NCBI GenBank assembly: GCA_965208885.1
Contig: CBDBPS010000002.1
Location: forward strand, 1,237,750 to 1,301,749
Direction of reading: 5' to 3'
Origin: Dehalococcoidia bacterium
Lineage (GTDB): Bacteria; Chloroflexota; Dehalococcoidia; UBA2979
DNA length: 64,000 nt
The position numbers and the translations under genes are program-made. Position 1 is the first letter of the stretch; each line of letters opens with the position of its first letter. Below, piece after piece: positions 18,791-32,354 of this stretch. Below the pieces are notes generated by a model, which was given only the letters and a program-made list of their open reading frames with translations, was not told the origin of the DNA and did no database searches.

Positions 18791-19792
18791 TTGCGCGTGC
18801 GCTGGCTCGTTGTGGCCGGAATCGTCGTCCTCATCGTCGGTGGCTTTGTACTCATCAAGCCGCCGACTCCGGCTATCATCGTCGCGCCGGAGTACATCTT
18901 CGACCTACCCGGCGTCGGCCTCGAAGTCACGAATACGATGTTCACGTCGTGGGTCGTGGTCGCGCTGCTGGTCGTCACGGCCGTGCTGGCGAGCCGCTCC
19001 ATGTCGCTCGTGCCGGGCGGCATCAGCGGGGCCATCGAGGCATTCGTCGGCGGGTTCTACACCATGACCGAGGGGATCGTCGGCGAGGCGAACGCGCGCC
19101 GCTTCTTCCCCGTGGTCGCAACCATCTTCCTCTACGTCCTCGTCTCCAACTACGTCGGCCTGCTGCCGATGAACTTCGCGGTCGGCGCCACCCATCCCGG
19201 TACCGGAGAGGTGCAGGCGGTGTTCGAGCAGACCTCGTTCGCCGGTATCGACGTGGCCTACATCCCGCTCCAGGCGGAGACGGTCGATACGGGCGCCGGC
19301 GAGGAGGCGATGGCCGCGGAGCATCCGGGTGACTCCTTCAGCGGGCTCCTGGCGCCGCTGTTCCGGTCCGTGATGACGGACGTGAACGCGCCGCTCGCGC
19401 TGGCGATTATGTCGTTCATCTTCGTGGAGTACTGGGGGTTGAGCTCGCTCGGGCCGGGCTATCTCAAGAAGTTCTTCGCCTTCGGCAACCTGGCCCGGCT
19501 GCGCCCGATGGGCATCATCGATGTCTTCGTGGGGCTGCTGGAGCTGATCTCGGAGCTCAGCCGGATGGTGTCGTTCACCTTCCGACTGTTCGGCAACGTC
19601 TTCGCTGGCGAAGTGCTGTTGCTGATGATGAGCTTCCTGGTGCCGCTGGTGCTGATCAACGTGTTCTATGCCCTCGAGCTGTTCGTGGGGCTGATCCAGG
19701 CGTTCGTGTTCGCGATGCTGACGCTCGTGTTCGCGATGTCCGCGGTCACATCCCACGACGAGCACGAGGAACATGAAGCAGCTCACGAATAA
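18791..19792 (+). CDS. atpB: F0F1 ATP synthase subunit a
   Basis: The 'LFGNVFAGEVLLLMM' helix with the conserved Arg. Start is TTG 18791 or GTG 18797. Confidence 0.9.
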   Translation: MRVRWLVVAGIVVLIVGGFVLIKPPTPAIIVAPEYIFDLPGVGLEVTNTMFTSWVVVALLVVTAVLASRSMSLVPGGISGAIEAFVGGFYTMTEGIVGEANARRFFPVVATIFLYVLVSNYVGLLPMNFAVGATHPGTGEVQAVFEQTSFAGIDVAYIPLQAETVDTGAGEEAMAAEHPGDSFSGLLAPLFRSVMTDVNAPLALAIMSFIFVEYWGLSSLGPGYLKKFFAFGNLARLRPMGIIDVFVGLLELISELSRMVSFTFRLFGNVFAGEVLLLMMSFLVPLVLINVFYALELFVGLIQAFVFAMLTLVFAMSAVTSHDEHEEHEAAHE

Positions 19793-20191
<399 letters not shown>

Positions 20192-20220
20192 GACGCGGCA
20201 GCAGCAAGCGAGGCGTCACG

Positions 20221-20844
20221 ATGTTCGATCGACGACCGAGCTGGATTCCGGCGCCGCCCGGCAAACGGGCGGCAGCCGCCGCGAGCGGTGTACTGCTTGC
20301 GGCGACGCCGGCGCTCGCCAGCGCGGCGGAGGAGGCCGGGGGCATAGCCGCCCTCGGGTTCAGCCTGCCATCGCTGGTGTCGAACCTGATCAACTTCACG
20401 ATCCTGCTGATCGTGTTGCGGCTCTTCCTGTACAAGCCCGTCCTGCGGCTCCTCGACGAGCGCAAGGCGCGCATCCAGGAAGGCCTCGAACGGGCCGAGC
20501 AGGCGGCCTCGAGCGCTTCGGCCAGCGAGGCCGAGGCCCGCGAGGCCATCGAGGCGGCCCAGCAGCAGGCACGCGAACTCGTCGCCCAGGCGCAGGAGGG
20601 CGCCGCGTCACTGCGCGCGGAGCTCGAGGAGCGCGCCCGTGCCGACGCCGAGCAGATCGTCTCTCGCGCCCGTGAAGAGGTGCAGGTCGAACGCGACCAG
20701 GCGATCGAGCAGCTGCGCCGCGAGTTCGCCGACCTCACCATCACCGCCGCCGAGCGCGTCACCCGGCAGTCGCTCGACCGCGCCGCCCATCAGCGCCTCA
20801 TCGATGAGGTGCTGGTCGAGGGCGGCGTAGGCGACCAGAACTAG
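20221..20844 (+). CDS. atpF: F0F1 ATP synthase subunit b (N-terminal signal-like extension if ATG 20221 is used)
   Basis: TM helix 'LINFTILLIVLRLFLYKPV' followed by a long charged coiled-coil. The exact start is uncertain. Confidence 0.85.
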   Translation: MFDRRPSWIPAPPGKRAAAAASGVLLAATPALASAAEEAGGIAALGFSLPSLVSNLINFTILLIVLRLFLYKPVLRLLDERKARIQEGLERAEQAASSASASEAEAREAIEAAQQQARELVAQAQEGAASLRAELEERARADAEQIVSRAREEVQVERDQAIEQLRREFADLTITAAERVTRQSLDRAAHQRLIDEVLVEGGVGDQN

Positions 20845-20862
20845 GCCGGGGCGGAGGCGGCA

Positions 20863-21417
20863 ATGCCCGAGGGTGAAGCCAGAGACGTAGCAGGCCGCCG
20901 CTACGCGCTCGCCATCATGGCGTTCCTGGACGACGACGAGTCCGCGGCTGACGCCTGGACCGAAGCCGTCGACGCCCTCGATGCCCTCACCAGCGAGGGC
21001 TCGTATGTGGCCGCGCTGCAGGGCGACGGCATGACGGACGAGGCCTTCCAGGAAATCGTGCGTCGCGTCCTCCCCGACATCGGGGAGACGCAGATCAACC
21101 TGCTGCGGTTGCTGCGGCGCAAGCACCGTCTGGCTCTCGGCACCTCGATCGCGTCGTACTACCGCGAACTGCTCGACGAGCGGCGCGGGGTGGCGCGCGC
21201 GGTGGTGCGTACCGCCGTGGAGATCGACGACGATCGCCGCGAGCGATTCGCCGAGGAGTTGGCGCGGCGCACCGGCCGCACCGTGGAACTGGAAACCGAG
21301 GTCGACCCTGACCTCATCGGTGGCGCCGTGATTCGCATCGGCGACCACCTCATCGACGGGTCAACACGCGCGGCGCTGCGCGGACTGCGTCAGCGCCTCG
21401 AGCAAGGCACCCTCTAA
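20863..21417 (+). CDS. atpH: F0F1 ATP synthase subunit delta
   Basis: OSCP-like sequence at the expected operon position. Confidence 0.9.
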   Translation: MPEGEARDVAGRRYALAIMAFLDDDESAADAWTEAVDALDALTSEGSYVAALQGDGMTDEAFQEIVRRVLPDIGETQINLLRLLRRKHRLALGTSIASYYRELLDERRGVARAVVRTAVEIDDDRRERFAEELARRTGRTVELETEVDPDLIGGAVIRIGDHLIDGSTRAALRGLRQRLEQGTL

Positions 21418-21467
21418 CAGTGCCCGGCTCCAGGTGAGCCGGGACGCCGGGAGACGACGGGGGAACA

Positions 21468-22976
21468 ATGGTACGAGCAGAAGAGATCGCCTCGATCCTC
21501 AAGGAACAGATCGCGACCTTCGACGCAGGCGTGACCGAGACCAACGTCGGCACGGTCGTCGAGGCCAGTGACGGCATCGCCCGCATCCACGGCCTGGGCG
21601 AAGCCCTCGCCTCCGAACTCGTCGAGTTCAGCAACGGCACTCGTGGCCTCGCGCTGAACCTCGAGGAGGAGACAGTCGGCGCGATCATTCTCGGCGACTA
21701 CACCGACATCAAGGAGGGCGACGAGGTCAAGACCACCGGCCTCGTGGCCGCGGTCCCCGTCGGCGACGCGCTCATCGGCCGCGTCGTGAACTCCCTCGGC
21801 GACGCCATCGACGAGCGCGGCCCCATCGCTGCGACGGAGCGCCGGCCCGTGGAGCGCATCGCTCCCGACGTGGTCTCTCGCCAGAGCGTGAGCGAGCCGG
21901 TCCAGACCGGCATCAAGGCTATCGACGCGATGATCCCGATCGGCCGTGGCCAACGTGAGCTGATCATCGGCGACCGCTCGATCGGCAAGAGCGCGATCGC
22001 CATCGACGCGATCATCAACCAGCGCGGCGGCGACCTGACCTGCATCTACGTCGCCATCGGCCAGAAGGACGCGAAGGTCGCGCAGACCGTCGCGATCCTC
22101 GAGCAGAACGGCGCGATGGAGCACACCATCGTGGTCAACGCCGGCGCGGCCGAGTCCTCGGCGCTCCAGTACCTCGCCCCCTACGCGGGATGCGCGATGG
22201 GCGAGTACTTCATGGAGCAGGGCAGAGACGTGCTGATCGTCTACGACGACCTGACGAAGCACGCGTGGGCGTACCGCCAGATCTCGCTGCTGCTGCGCCG
22301 CCCGCCGGGCCGCGAGGCCTACCCGGGCGATGTCTTCTACCTGCACTCGCGGCTGCTCGAGCGCGCGGCGCGCCTCGACGCATCGATCGGCGGCGGTTCG
22401 ATCACGGCGCTGCCAATCATCGAGACGCAGGCCGGTGACGTCTCGGCGTACATCCCGACGAACGTCATCTCGATCACCGACGGCCAGATCTTCCTGGAGA
22501 ACGACCTGTTCAACGCCGGTCAGCGGCCAGCGGTGAACCCCGGCATCTCCGTCTCGCGTGTGGGTGGTTCCGCCCAGCGCCGCGCGATGCGGTCCGTGGC
22601 CGGCAGCCTTCGCCTGGACCTCTCGCAGTTCCGCGAGCTGGAGGCGTTCGCGCAGTTCGGCACCGAGGACCTGGACCCGGCAACGCGGCGCCAGCTGGAG
22701 CGCGGGCAGCGGCTCACCGAGCTGCTGAAGCAGCCGCAGTACCAGCCGCAGACGCTCGCCGAGCAGGTGACGATCCTCTACGCCGGCGTGAACGGCTACA
22801 TGGACGATGTGCCCGTGGACAAGGTCGCCGACTTCGAGCGCGCCTTCCACGAGCAGATGCGCGCGACGCACCGCGGCATCCTCGAGTCCATCCAGTCCTC
22901 GGGCGAGATCGACGACGCGACCGAGGATCAACTCAAGGCAGCCATCGAGCAGTTCAAGGGCACGGTCGCCTACTAG
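21468..22976 (+). CDS. atpA: F0F1 ATP synthase subunit alpha
   Basis: Walker A 'GDRSIGKS' and the full alpha-subunit sequence. Confidence 0.95.
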   Translation: MVRAEEIASILKEQIATFDAGVTETNVGTVVEASDGIARIHGLGEALASELVEFSNGTRGLALNLEEETVGAIILGDYTDIKEGDEVKTTGLVAAVPVGDALIGRVVNSLGDAIDERGPIAATERRPVERIAPDVVSRQSVSEPVQTGIKAIDAMIPIGRGQRELIIGDRSIGKSAIAIDAIINQRGGDLTCIYVAIGQKDAKVAQTVAILEQNGAMEHTIVVNAGAAESSALQYLAPYAGCAMGEYFMEQGRDVLIVYDDLTKHAWAYRQISLLLRRPPGREAYPGDVFYLHSRLLERAARLDASIGGGSITALPIIETQAGDVSAYIPTNVISITDGQIFLENDLFNAGQRPAVNPGISVSRVGGSAQRRAMRSVAGSLRLDLSQFRELEAFAQFGTEDLDPATRRQLERGQRLTELLKQPQYQPQTLAEQVTILYAGVNGYMDDVPVDKVADFERAFHEQMRATHRGILESIQSSGEIDDATEDQLKAAIEQFKGTVAY

Positions 22977-23017
22977 GCGCCGCGCGAACGTAGCGAACGG
23001 CAGAGGAGCAGCACTAG

Positions 23018-25380
<2,363 letters not shown>

Positions 25381-25386
25381 CGAAGC

Positions 25387-25806
25387 ATGCCGCTGCAGGT
25401 CTCCATCGTCACAGCCGAGCGCGAGATCAGTGCGCGCGACGACGTGCAGCGGCTGATCGTGCCCACGACCGAGGGCCAGATCACGCTCCTTCCGGGCCAC
25501 GCCGCGCTGATGGCCAGCCTCGACATCGGCGAGTTGGTCACGGTTGCCGGCGGCAACCGTGAGCCCATGGTGGTGCACGGCGGCTTCATCCAGATCCTGC
25601 ACGACCAGGTCACCGTCCTCGCGGACGCGGCGGAGAGCCTGGACGAGATCGACGAGGAGCGCGCGGAGGCCGCACGCATGCGCGCCATGGAGCGCATCGA
25701 GGGCACCGTGACCCTCGAAGAGGCGATGGACATGGCCCGCGCACGCATCGCGTTGCTGCGCGCGCAAGCCCGGATCGGCGTCATCCGCAAGTACCGGGGC
25801 ATGTAG
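25387..25806 (+). CDS. atpC: F0F1 ATP synthase subunit epsilon
   Basis: Epsilon family at the expected operon position. Confidence 0.9.
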   Translation: MPLQVSIVTAEREISARDDVQRLIVPTTEGQITLLPGHAALMASLDIGELVTVAGGNREPMVVHGGFIQILHDQVTVLADAAESLDEIDEERAEAARMRAMERIEGTVTLEEAMDMARARIALLRAQARIGVIRKYRGM

Positions 25807-25924
25807 CCGCCTCGCTACGCTCGACTCTTCATTTCGCATACACTGGGAGCGCGAGAGCAGCGTGGCCGCCTGTCGGCGCGCCGCATCGCAGCGGTAACGC
25901 ACCGCGGCGGGTGATTCGGACGCC

Positions 25925-27181
25925 ATGAGCCAGCAGCAGCAGTTGGCCATCGTCGGCGGACGGCCCCTGCGCGGTCGCCTGCCCGCCTCGGGCTCCAAGA
26001 ACGCCGCCCTCTACGCCCTCGCCGCCGCGCTCCTCACCGCCGAGCCCGTGCGGCTCCACAACGTGCCCGAGATCCGCGACATCGGCGAGATGGGCAGCCT
26101 CATCGAGTCTCTCGGCGGCGAAGTCACCATCGAGGGCGGCGATGTCACGCTCGACGCGAGCGGGGTGACGGAGACGGTGGCCGCGCCCGAGCATGTCGTC
26201 GCGCTGCGCGCCTCCTTCCTCGTGATGGGGCCGCTGCTCGCGCGCTTCGGCGAGGCGGGGTGCCCCTCGCCGGGCGGCGACGCGATCGGTGTGCGTCCCG
26301 TCGACGTGCACCTTGCGGGGTTCCGCGCGCTCGGCGCGGAGGTGCGTCGCGACGGGCAGAACTTCGTCGCGCACTCCCCGCGGCTCGAGGGCTCGCGGGT
26401 GTTCCTCGACTATCCGAGCGTGCTCGGCACGGTGAACGTGCTGTTCGCGGCGACGCTGGCGCGCGGCACGACGACGATCGTGAACGCGGCAGCCGAGCCC
26501 GAGGTCGAGATGGCCGGCGACCTGCTCAACGCCATGGGCGCGCGCGTCTCCGGCCACGGCAGCAACCAGATCACCGTCGGCGGCGTGGACTCGCTGCACG
26601 GCGCGGAGTTCACCATCATCCCGGACCGCATCGAGGGCGGCACGTTCCTCCTCGCCGGCCTCGCGACCGGCGGCGACGTCACGCTGGACGGCGCCGACCC
26701 CACCCACATGGACTCGCTGCTCACCAAGCTGCGCGAGGCGGGGGCGCGGGTCGAGGTTGGGGAGCGTTCCGTGCGCGCGTGCGTCGACGGTCCGTTGCGG
26801 GCCGTGCAGCTCCAGGCGGTGCCGTACCCCGGCTTCCCGACGGACCTGCACGCACCGATGGCCGCCGCGCTGACGCAGGCCGAGGGCATCTCGATCATTC
26901 ACGAGCGCGTCTTCGAGAACCGGCTCCTGTACGTCGGCGAGCTGCGCACGATGGGCGGCCGCATCACCACCGGCGGGCAGTCGGTCATCATCGAAGGTCC
27001 CACGCCCCTCGTGGGCAGCCCGGTGCGCGCGCTCGACGTGCGGGCCGCCGCGGCCGTCGTGATCGCGGGGCTGGCCGCCGAGGGCGAGACGGTGGTGCGC
27101 GACATCGTGCACCTCAAGCGCGGCTATCCGCGCATCGAGGAGCGCCTGGAAGCGCTGGGCGCGGAGGTACACGCCCGCTAA
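25925..27181 (+). CDS. murA: UDP-N-acetylglucosamine 1-carboxyvinyltransferase
   Basis: 'GSKNAAL' and the EPSP-synthase-fold MurA sequence. Confidence 0.9.
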   Translation: MSQQQQLAIVGGRPLRGRLPASGSKNAALYALAAALLTAEPVRLHNVPEIRDIGEMGSLIESLGGEVTIEGGDVTLDASGVTETVAAPEHVVALRASFLVMGPLLARFGEAGCPSPGGDAIGVRPVDVHLAGFRALGAEVRRDGQNFVAHSPRLEGSRVFLDYPSVLGTVNVLFAATLARGTTTIVNAAAEPEVEMAGDLLNAMGARVSGHGSNQITVGGVDSLHGAEFTIIPDRIEGGTFLLAGLATGGDVTLDGADPTHMDSLLTKLREAGARVEVGERSVRACVDGPLRAVQLQAVPYPGFPTDLHAPMAAALTQAEGISIIHERVFENRLLYVGELRTMGGRITTGGQSVIIEGPTPLVGSPVRALDVRAAAAVVIAGLAAEGETVVRDIVHLKRGYPRIEERLEALGAEVHAR

Positions 27182-27211
27182 GGTAGCCCTCGAGGCTCCG
27201 GCAGGCGGCAC

Positions 27212-28246
27212 ATGATCACCAAACGGCTCGGCATCGACCTTGGAACGGCGCGTGTCCTCGTCTTCGAGCGCGGGCGCGGCATCGTGCTCGAGGAACCCGC
27301 GGTGGTGGCGCTGGCCGAGCGCGACAACACCGTGATCGCCGTCGGCGACCAGGCGTACGAGATGATCGGTCGCCAGCCGGGCACCATCCAGGTGATCCGC
27401 CCGATGCGCGACGGCGCCATCGCCGATTACCTCATCACCGAGGCTCTGCTCCGCTACCTCATCGGCGAGGTCATGGGGCGCCTCCGCATCATCCGGCCCG
27501 AAGTCATGGTCTCAACCCCGTACGGCGTCACGCGCGTCGAGCAGCGCGCGGTGCGCGATGCCGCCGAGGCGGCCGGGGCGCGCCGTCCCGCGCACCTCAT
27601 CCCGGAACCCCTCGCCGCCGCGATCGGCGCCGAGATCCCGGTCGGGTCTCCGCGCGGACACATGGTGCTCAATATCGGTGGCGGACGCGCCGAGGCAGCC
27701 GTGATCTCGATGTTCGGCATCGTCGCCGCGGACTCCGTGCGAGTGGCCGGCGACCGCCTCAACGACGCGATCGCGCTCCACATCAGGCGTCGCCACAACC
27801 TGATCGTCGGCGAGCGCACGGCCGAGGAGCTGAAGATCGCGATCGGCTCGGCGCTGCCGATGGAGCCGGACGAGACCACACGCGTGCGCGGCCGCGACCA
27901 GATCACGGGACTGCCGCGCACCATCACGGTGCAGTCGTCGGAGATCACGCAGGCCATCCAGGAACACCTCGCGGCGATCATCCAGACCGTCCGCAGCGTG
28001 CTGGAGCGGACGCCCCCCGAGCTTGCCGCCGACGTGATCGACCACGGGATCGTGCTCACCGGTGGTGGAGCGCGTCTGCGCCACCTCGATGCGCTGTTGC
28101 TGGACCAGATCGGCGTGCCGATACACATCGCGGACGAGCCGGACCGCTGCGTGGCGAAGGGAGCGGGGGCGGCGCTCGACTACTTCGACGTGATCGCCCG
28201 CAGCATCCCGACCGAGGAGGAGTCGCTGATCGCCGACCAGCCATAG
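27212..28246 (+). CDS. mreB: rod shape-determining protein MreB (actin-like ATPase)
   Basis: 'GIDLGTA' and 'LNIGGG' motifs. No mreC/mreD follow; a convergent rex gene is downstream. Confidence 0.9.
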   Translation: MITKRLGIDLGTARVLVFERGRGIVLEEPAVVALAERDNTVIAVGDQAYEMIGRQPGTIQVIRPMRDGAIADYLITEALLRYLIGEVMGRLRIIRPEVMVSTPYGVTRVEQRAVRDAAEAAGARRPAHLIPEPLAAAIGAEIPVGSPRGHMVLNIGGGRAEAAVISMFGIVAADSVRVAGDRLNDAIALHIRRRHNLIVGERTAEELKIAIGSALPMEPDETTRVRGRDQITGLPRTITVQSSEITQAIQEHLAAIIQTVRSVLERTPPELAADVIDHGIVLTGGGARLRHLDALLLDQIGVPIHIADEPDRCVAKGAGAALDYFDVIARSIPTEEESLIADQP

Positions 28247-28271
28247 CGGCTGTCGGCTCGACAGGAAGCGG

Positions 28272-28946
28272 CTACGGGGCCGCCAGCGGATCGCGCTCCC
28301 GCGCCGACATCGGGTCGCGCTCCTGAGCGAGGTGGTAGGTCAGGGTCTGTAGCGCGAGCAGTGGGTTCACGTGGCGCACTTCGACCTCTCGCGGGGTCTG
28401 CACGACCACCGTCGTGTAGTTGAGGATCGAGCACACGCCGGCGTTCACCAATACGTCGGTGACCTCCTGGGCGACAGCGCCCGACACGGCAATGATCGCA
28501 ATCTCGATCGGATCCTCGCGCATATCGGCATCGATAGTCGCGAGGTCGCGCACGCGGACGCCGTTGACCAGTGTGCCGATGCGCTGCGGATCGACCTCGT
28601 AGACCCGGACAATATCGAACCCGTAGGGCTGGAAACTGCCGTGGTTCAGGGATGCGATGGTGCGAGCAACGCCGCCGCCACCCACGAGCAGCACGCGCCA
28701 GAGCCGATTGAACCCCAGGATCGCCTCGAGCTCATTCGCCAGCGTATCGACCGAGTAGCCGCGGCCCTGCTTCCCAAAGCGCCCGAAGTACGAAAGGTCC
28801 TTACGGATCTGCGCCGGCGTAACGTCGAGTGCGTCCCCGATCTCCTGCGAGGAGACCGTGCTCACGCCTGCGTCACGTAGCTCGATTAGCTGGCGGTAGT
28901 AGGTAGGGAGGCGTTCGATGACCACATCAGGGATCTTGAGCGGCAC
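28272..28946 (-). CDS. rex: redox-sensing transcriptional repressor Rex
   Basis: 'RLPTYYRQL', the Rossmann 'LLVGGGGVARTI' and 'IAIIAV'. Preferred start is GTG at 28946 (RBS GGAAGCGAGG); the track start TTG 28976 is the alternative. Confidence 0.85.
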   Translation of the reverse strand: MPLKIPDVVIERLPTYYRQLIELRDAGVSTVSSQEIGDALDVTPAQIRKDLSYFGRFGKQGRGYSVDTLANELEAILGFNRLWRVLLVGGGGVARTIASLNHGSFQPYGFDIVRVYEVDPQRIGTLVNGVRVRDLATIDADMREDPIEIAIIAVSGAVAQEVTDVLVNAGVCSILNYTTVVVQTPREVEVRHVNPLLALQTLTYHLAQERDPMSARERDPLAAP

Positions 28947-29067
28947 GACACCTCGCTTCCCGATACCTTCCCTCAATCAGTTGGGGAGGCTAACACAAAG
29001 GTGGTAACTGATCACATCTCGTGAGCAGGCAGCACATACTATTCAGGGCGCTGTTAACATCACTCCG

Positions 29068-29826
29068 ATGACGGATCCTCCAACCCCTCCCGCGGACCCA
29101 CGCATCGAGCGGCTCCTCGTCGAGGGGCCTTCCGCGACGCCGTTCGTGACCCTCCCCGGTGGGCGCTTCAGCATGGGCTCGCCGATGCGCAACGATGAAC
29201 TACCCGAACGCGATGTCACCATTGGCGCGTTCGCCGTTGCCATCACCCCGGTGACGAACCGCGAGTACCACGCCTTCCTCGAGGCGACGGGGCACGAGGC
29301 GCCTCGTTTCTGGGACGACCCCCGTTTCAACGCCCCGGACTGCCCCATTGTCGGCATCTCGTGGTTCGACGCGAACGCGTATTGCGAGTGGCTGGGCGAG
29401 CTGCTCGGTCGGACCTGCCGCCTGCCGACCGAGGCGGAGCGCGAGTACGCCGCACGTGGCGATGTCGCGACGCACTTCCCGTGGGGCGACGACCCGTGGG
29501 TCGAGGGTCGCTTCGCACTTGGCTCCCAGGGGACGGATCGCCCGTACCGCGTGGGCAGCACGCCCCCCAACGGCTTCGGCCTGTACCACATGGCCGAGAA
29601 CGTCCACGAGTGGTGCTCGGACTGGTACGCGAAGCCCTACGACCCGGCGGACGTCGACGACCCGCGCGGGCCGGCCGACGGCGTGCGCCGCGCGTCGAGG
29701 GGTGGCTCGTGGCGGCACCGTGTCAAGGTCACGCGCAGCACGGCGCGCTCCTCGCTGTCACCCGAGCGGCAGTACAACGACTACGGGATGCGCGTGTACG
29801 CCGAGGTGCCGACGGCCCAGCGCTAG
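29068..29826 (+). CDS. formylglycine-generating-enzyme (SUMF1/FGE-sulfatase) family protein
   Basis: 'GISWFDANAYCEWLG' and 'GLYHMAENVHEWCSDWY' motifs. Confidence 0.85.
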   Translation: MTDPPTPPADPRIERLLVEGPSATPFVTLPGGRFSMGSPMRNDELPERDVTIGAFAVAITPVTNREYHAFLEATGHEAPRFWDDPRFNAPDCPIVGISWFDANAYCEWLGELLGRTCRLPTEAEREYAARGDVATHFPWGDDPWVEGRFALGSQGTDRPYRVGSTPPNGFGLYHMAENVHEWCSDWYAKPYDPADVDDPRGPADGVRRASRGGSWRHRVKVTRSTARSSLSPERQYNDYGMRVYAEVPTAQR

Positions 29827-30209
29827 CGCCCGGAGACCAGCCAGCGCAGCACCACGCTGCCCAGCATCAGCCCGACGACGGCCCCGGCCATGTTCGCGAG
29901 CCAGTCGACGAGTTCCGGGTCGCGGCCGTCGACCCACCCCTGCCCGATCTCGCTGGCCGCAGCGAACACCCAGATGCCAAGCGCGACCATGCCAAGGACT
30001 CGCTGCGGCGACCGCCGCGCGGCCTCGCTCGTCGCGTAGCGCGCTGCTATCGCGACGCCGAATGCGGCGAACAGCCCGAAGTGCCAGGCCAGACACGGCA
30101 GGCCGAGCGGGCAGCCGTCCCCGGCGCCGCGGATGGGCGAGAGCGTCGCGAGCAGGATGCCCGCGCCCACCACGACAATCGCGAATCCAGACCAGCTGCG
30201 GAGTTGCAC
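29823..30209 (-). CDS. VanZ-family membrane protein
   Basis: Four TM helices with the VanZ-like pattern. Its stop overlaps the FGE stop within a CTAG palindrome. Confidence 0.65.
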   Translation of the reverse strand: MQLRSWSGFAIVVVGAGILLATLSPIRGAGDGCPLGLPCLAWHFGLFAAFGVAIAARYATSEAARRSPQRVLGMVALGIWVFAAASEIGQGWVDGRDPELVDWLANMAGAVVGLMLGSVVLRWLVSGR

Positions 30210-30384
30210 GAGGCTCAGGAGAGGCTCCGTCCACGAGTTGCGGCCGGCGTCCGCCGTCGCCTCGCGAGCATAGCGCCGGGCCCGGTCAGTCGCCGCGCCC
30301 GGGACATGTCGCCGACGGACATGCGGAGGCCATCGTTCCTATACTGGCGTGCACCCCCGAGCGGCCGGGGGACGGGGAGCAGGC

Positions 30385-31531
30385 GATGACTTCGAACGGC
30401 ACGTACGACGTGATCGTGATCGGCGTTGGCGGCATGGGCTCGGCGACGGTGTACGAACTCGCGAGCCGCGGCCTCCGCGTGCTCGGTCTCGAGCGATTCG
30501 ACATTCCGCACGAGATGGGCTCGTCGCACGGAGTGCACCGCATCATCCGCATGGCCTACTTCGAGGACCCCTCGTACGTCCCGCTGCTGCGACGCGCCTA
30601 CGAGCGCTGGCGCGAGCTGGAGGCGGCGTGCGGCGAGCAACTGCTCTACATCACCGGTGGTGTGGACGCGGGTCCCGAGGACGGCGAGGTGTTCGCGGGT
30701 TCGCTCCGGTCCTGCATCGAGCATGACCTGCCGCACGAGGTGCTCACGAGCGCCGAGCTGAGCGAGCGATTCCCGGCCATCCAGATCCCGTCCGGGTCGA
30801 TGGCCGTGTACCAGCCCGACGGCGGATTCGTGCTCGCCGAACGGAGCATCGTGAACCACGTCCTCGGCGCGCTCGAACACGGCGCCGATGTGCGGGCGCG
30901 GGAGCCGGTGCTGGAGTGGACGAGCACAGGTGACCGTGTGCACGTGCGGACCGCGCAAGGCTCGTACGAGGCGGGCGCGCTGATCGTGACGGGCGGGGCG
31001 TGGGCGGGGCCGCTGCTGCCCTCGCTGCATCACCTCGTCGTGCCCGAACGGCAGGTGCTGGGCTGGTTCCAGCCGTCGGACGCCGCGCGGTTCGAGGCTG
31101 GCCAGTTCCCCGTCGTGATCGGGGACTTCGACGAGGGGATGTACTACGCCCTGCCCATCTTCGGGATTCCCGGCGTGAAGTTCGGCCGCTTCCACCACCG
31201 CGACGAGACGACCACGGGCGATGACCTCAACCGCGAGTGTGACGACGAGGACGAGGCGGTGCTGCGTACGAGCCTCGAGCGCTACTTCCCGGAGGCCAGC
31301 GGCCCGGTGCTGTCCATGAAGGCGTGCATGTTCACGAACACGCCGGATGAGCACTTCATCATCGACGCGCTGCCGGATGCACCGAACGTCTTCGTCGCGG
31401 CGGGCTTCTCCGGGCATGGCTACAAGTTCTGTAGCGTCGTCGGCGAAATCATGGCGGACCTTGCCACGAGGGGCGAGACCACCCACGACATCTCGCTGTT
31501 CCGCCTGGACCGTTTCGACATGGCCTCCTGA
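30385..31531 (+). CDS. FAD-dependent N-methyl-L-tryptophan / sarcosine oxidase family (SolA-like)
   Basis: 'YDVIVIGVGGMGSATVYELA' dinucleotide-binding motif and 'GFSGHGYKF' C-terminal motif. ATG at 30385. Confidence 0.85.
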
Positions 31532-31619
31532 CGACATCCGCCATCACGGGCGCGGGATTCATATACTGGATCTGTTGGCCTGCCCGGGATCTGCGCCCGG
31601 CACCTGCGAAGGATCGCGC

Positions 31620-32354
31620 ATGACCGCCACCAGCGCCGCCCGCGAGATGCGCAACGACGTCGTGCGCATGTGGCGCGCCGGCCGCGTCGAGTACGACCGC
31701 GCGCTCGCGTGGCAGCACGCGCGCAGCCGCGCGCTCGCCGCCGGTGACGAGGGCGAGTCACTGGCATTGCTGGAGCACCCCCCGGTCTACACCCTCGGTG
31801 CACGCGGCAACCGCACGAACCTGCTTGCCACGCCCGACGCGCTCGTCGCGCGTGGCGCGTCCGTGGTCCCCACCGACCGCGGAGGCGACATCACGTTCCA
31901 CGGCCCCGGCCAGCTCGTCGCGTACCCGATCCTCGACGTGCGCGGCCGCAGGCTGGGCGCGGCGACGTACGTGCGCCACCTCGAGGCAGTCGTCATCGAC
32001 ACCCTCGCTGCGTTCGGCATCGCCGCGGAACGCGTCGAGGGCCGCCCGGGCGTGTGGGTTGAGGACGCCAAGATCGCGGCCATCGGCGTACGGATCGCCC
32101 GCGGCATCAGCCGCCACGGCCTCGCCCTCAACGCCTCGACGGACCTCGAGTGGTTCGGCCAGATCGTGCCGTGCGGCATTCCGGACGCCGAGGTGACCTC
32201 GATGGCCGTGCTGCTTGGCAGCCCGCCTCCGATGCGCGATGTCGAGGATGCGATGGCGGCCGCGTTCGAGCGCGCGTTCTCAGTGCGGCTCGTCGAGGAC
32301 CCCGATACATGGATCGAAGCTCCCACAGTCGAGGAGGTCGCACATGCCCGCTGA
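31620..32354 (+). CDS. lipB: lipoyl(octanoyl) transferase
   Basis: 'LLEHPPVYTLG', 'RGGDITFHGPGQLVAYPILD' and 'AKIAAIGVRI' motifs. AAGGA RBS. Confidence 0.85.
   Translation: MTATSAAREMRNDVVRMWRAGRVEYDRALAWQHARSRALAAGDEGESLALLEHPPVYTLGARGNRTNLLATPDALVARGASVVPTDRGGDITFHGPGQLVAYPILDVRGRRLGAATYVRHLEAVVIDTLAAFGIAAERVEGRPGVWVEDAKIAAIGVRIARGISRHGLALNASTDLEWFGQIVPCGIPDAEVTSMAVLLGSPPPMRDVEDAMAAAFERAFSVRLVEDPDTWIEAPTVEEVAHAR

Noticed and set aside
21414-22931. 505-aa minus-strand ORF
   Set aside because: It is antisense to atpA. Only the + frame carries the canonical alpha-subunit sequence.
25807-25924. Rho-independent terminator after atpC
   Set aside because: GC-rich inverted repeats are present (GCCGCC...GGCGGC), but there is no U-tract, so I could not support a call with confidence.
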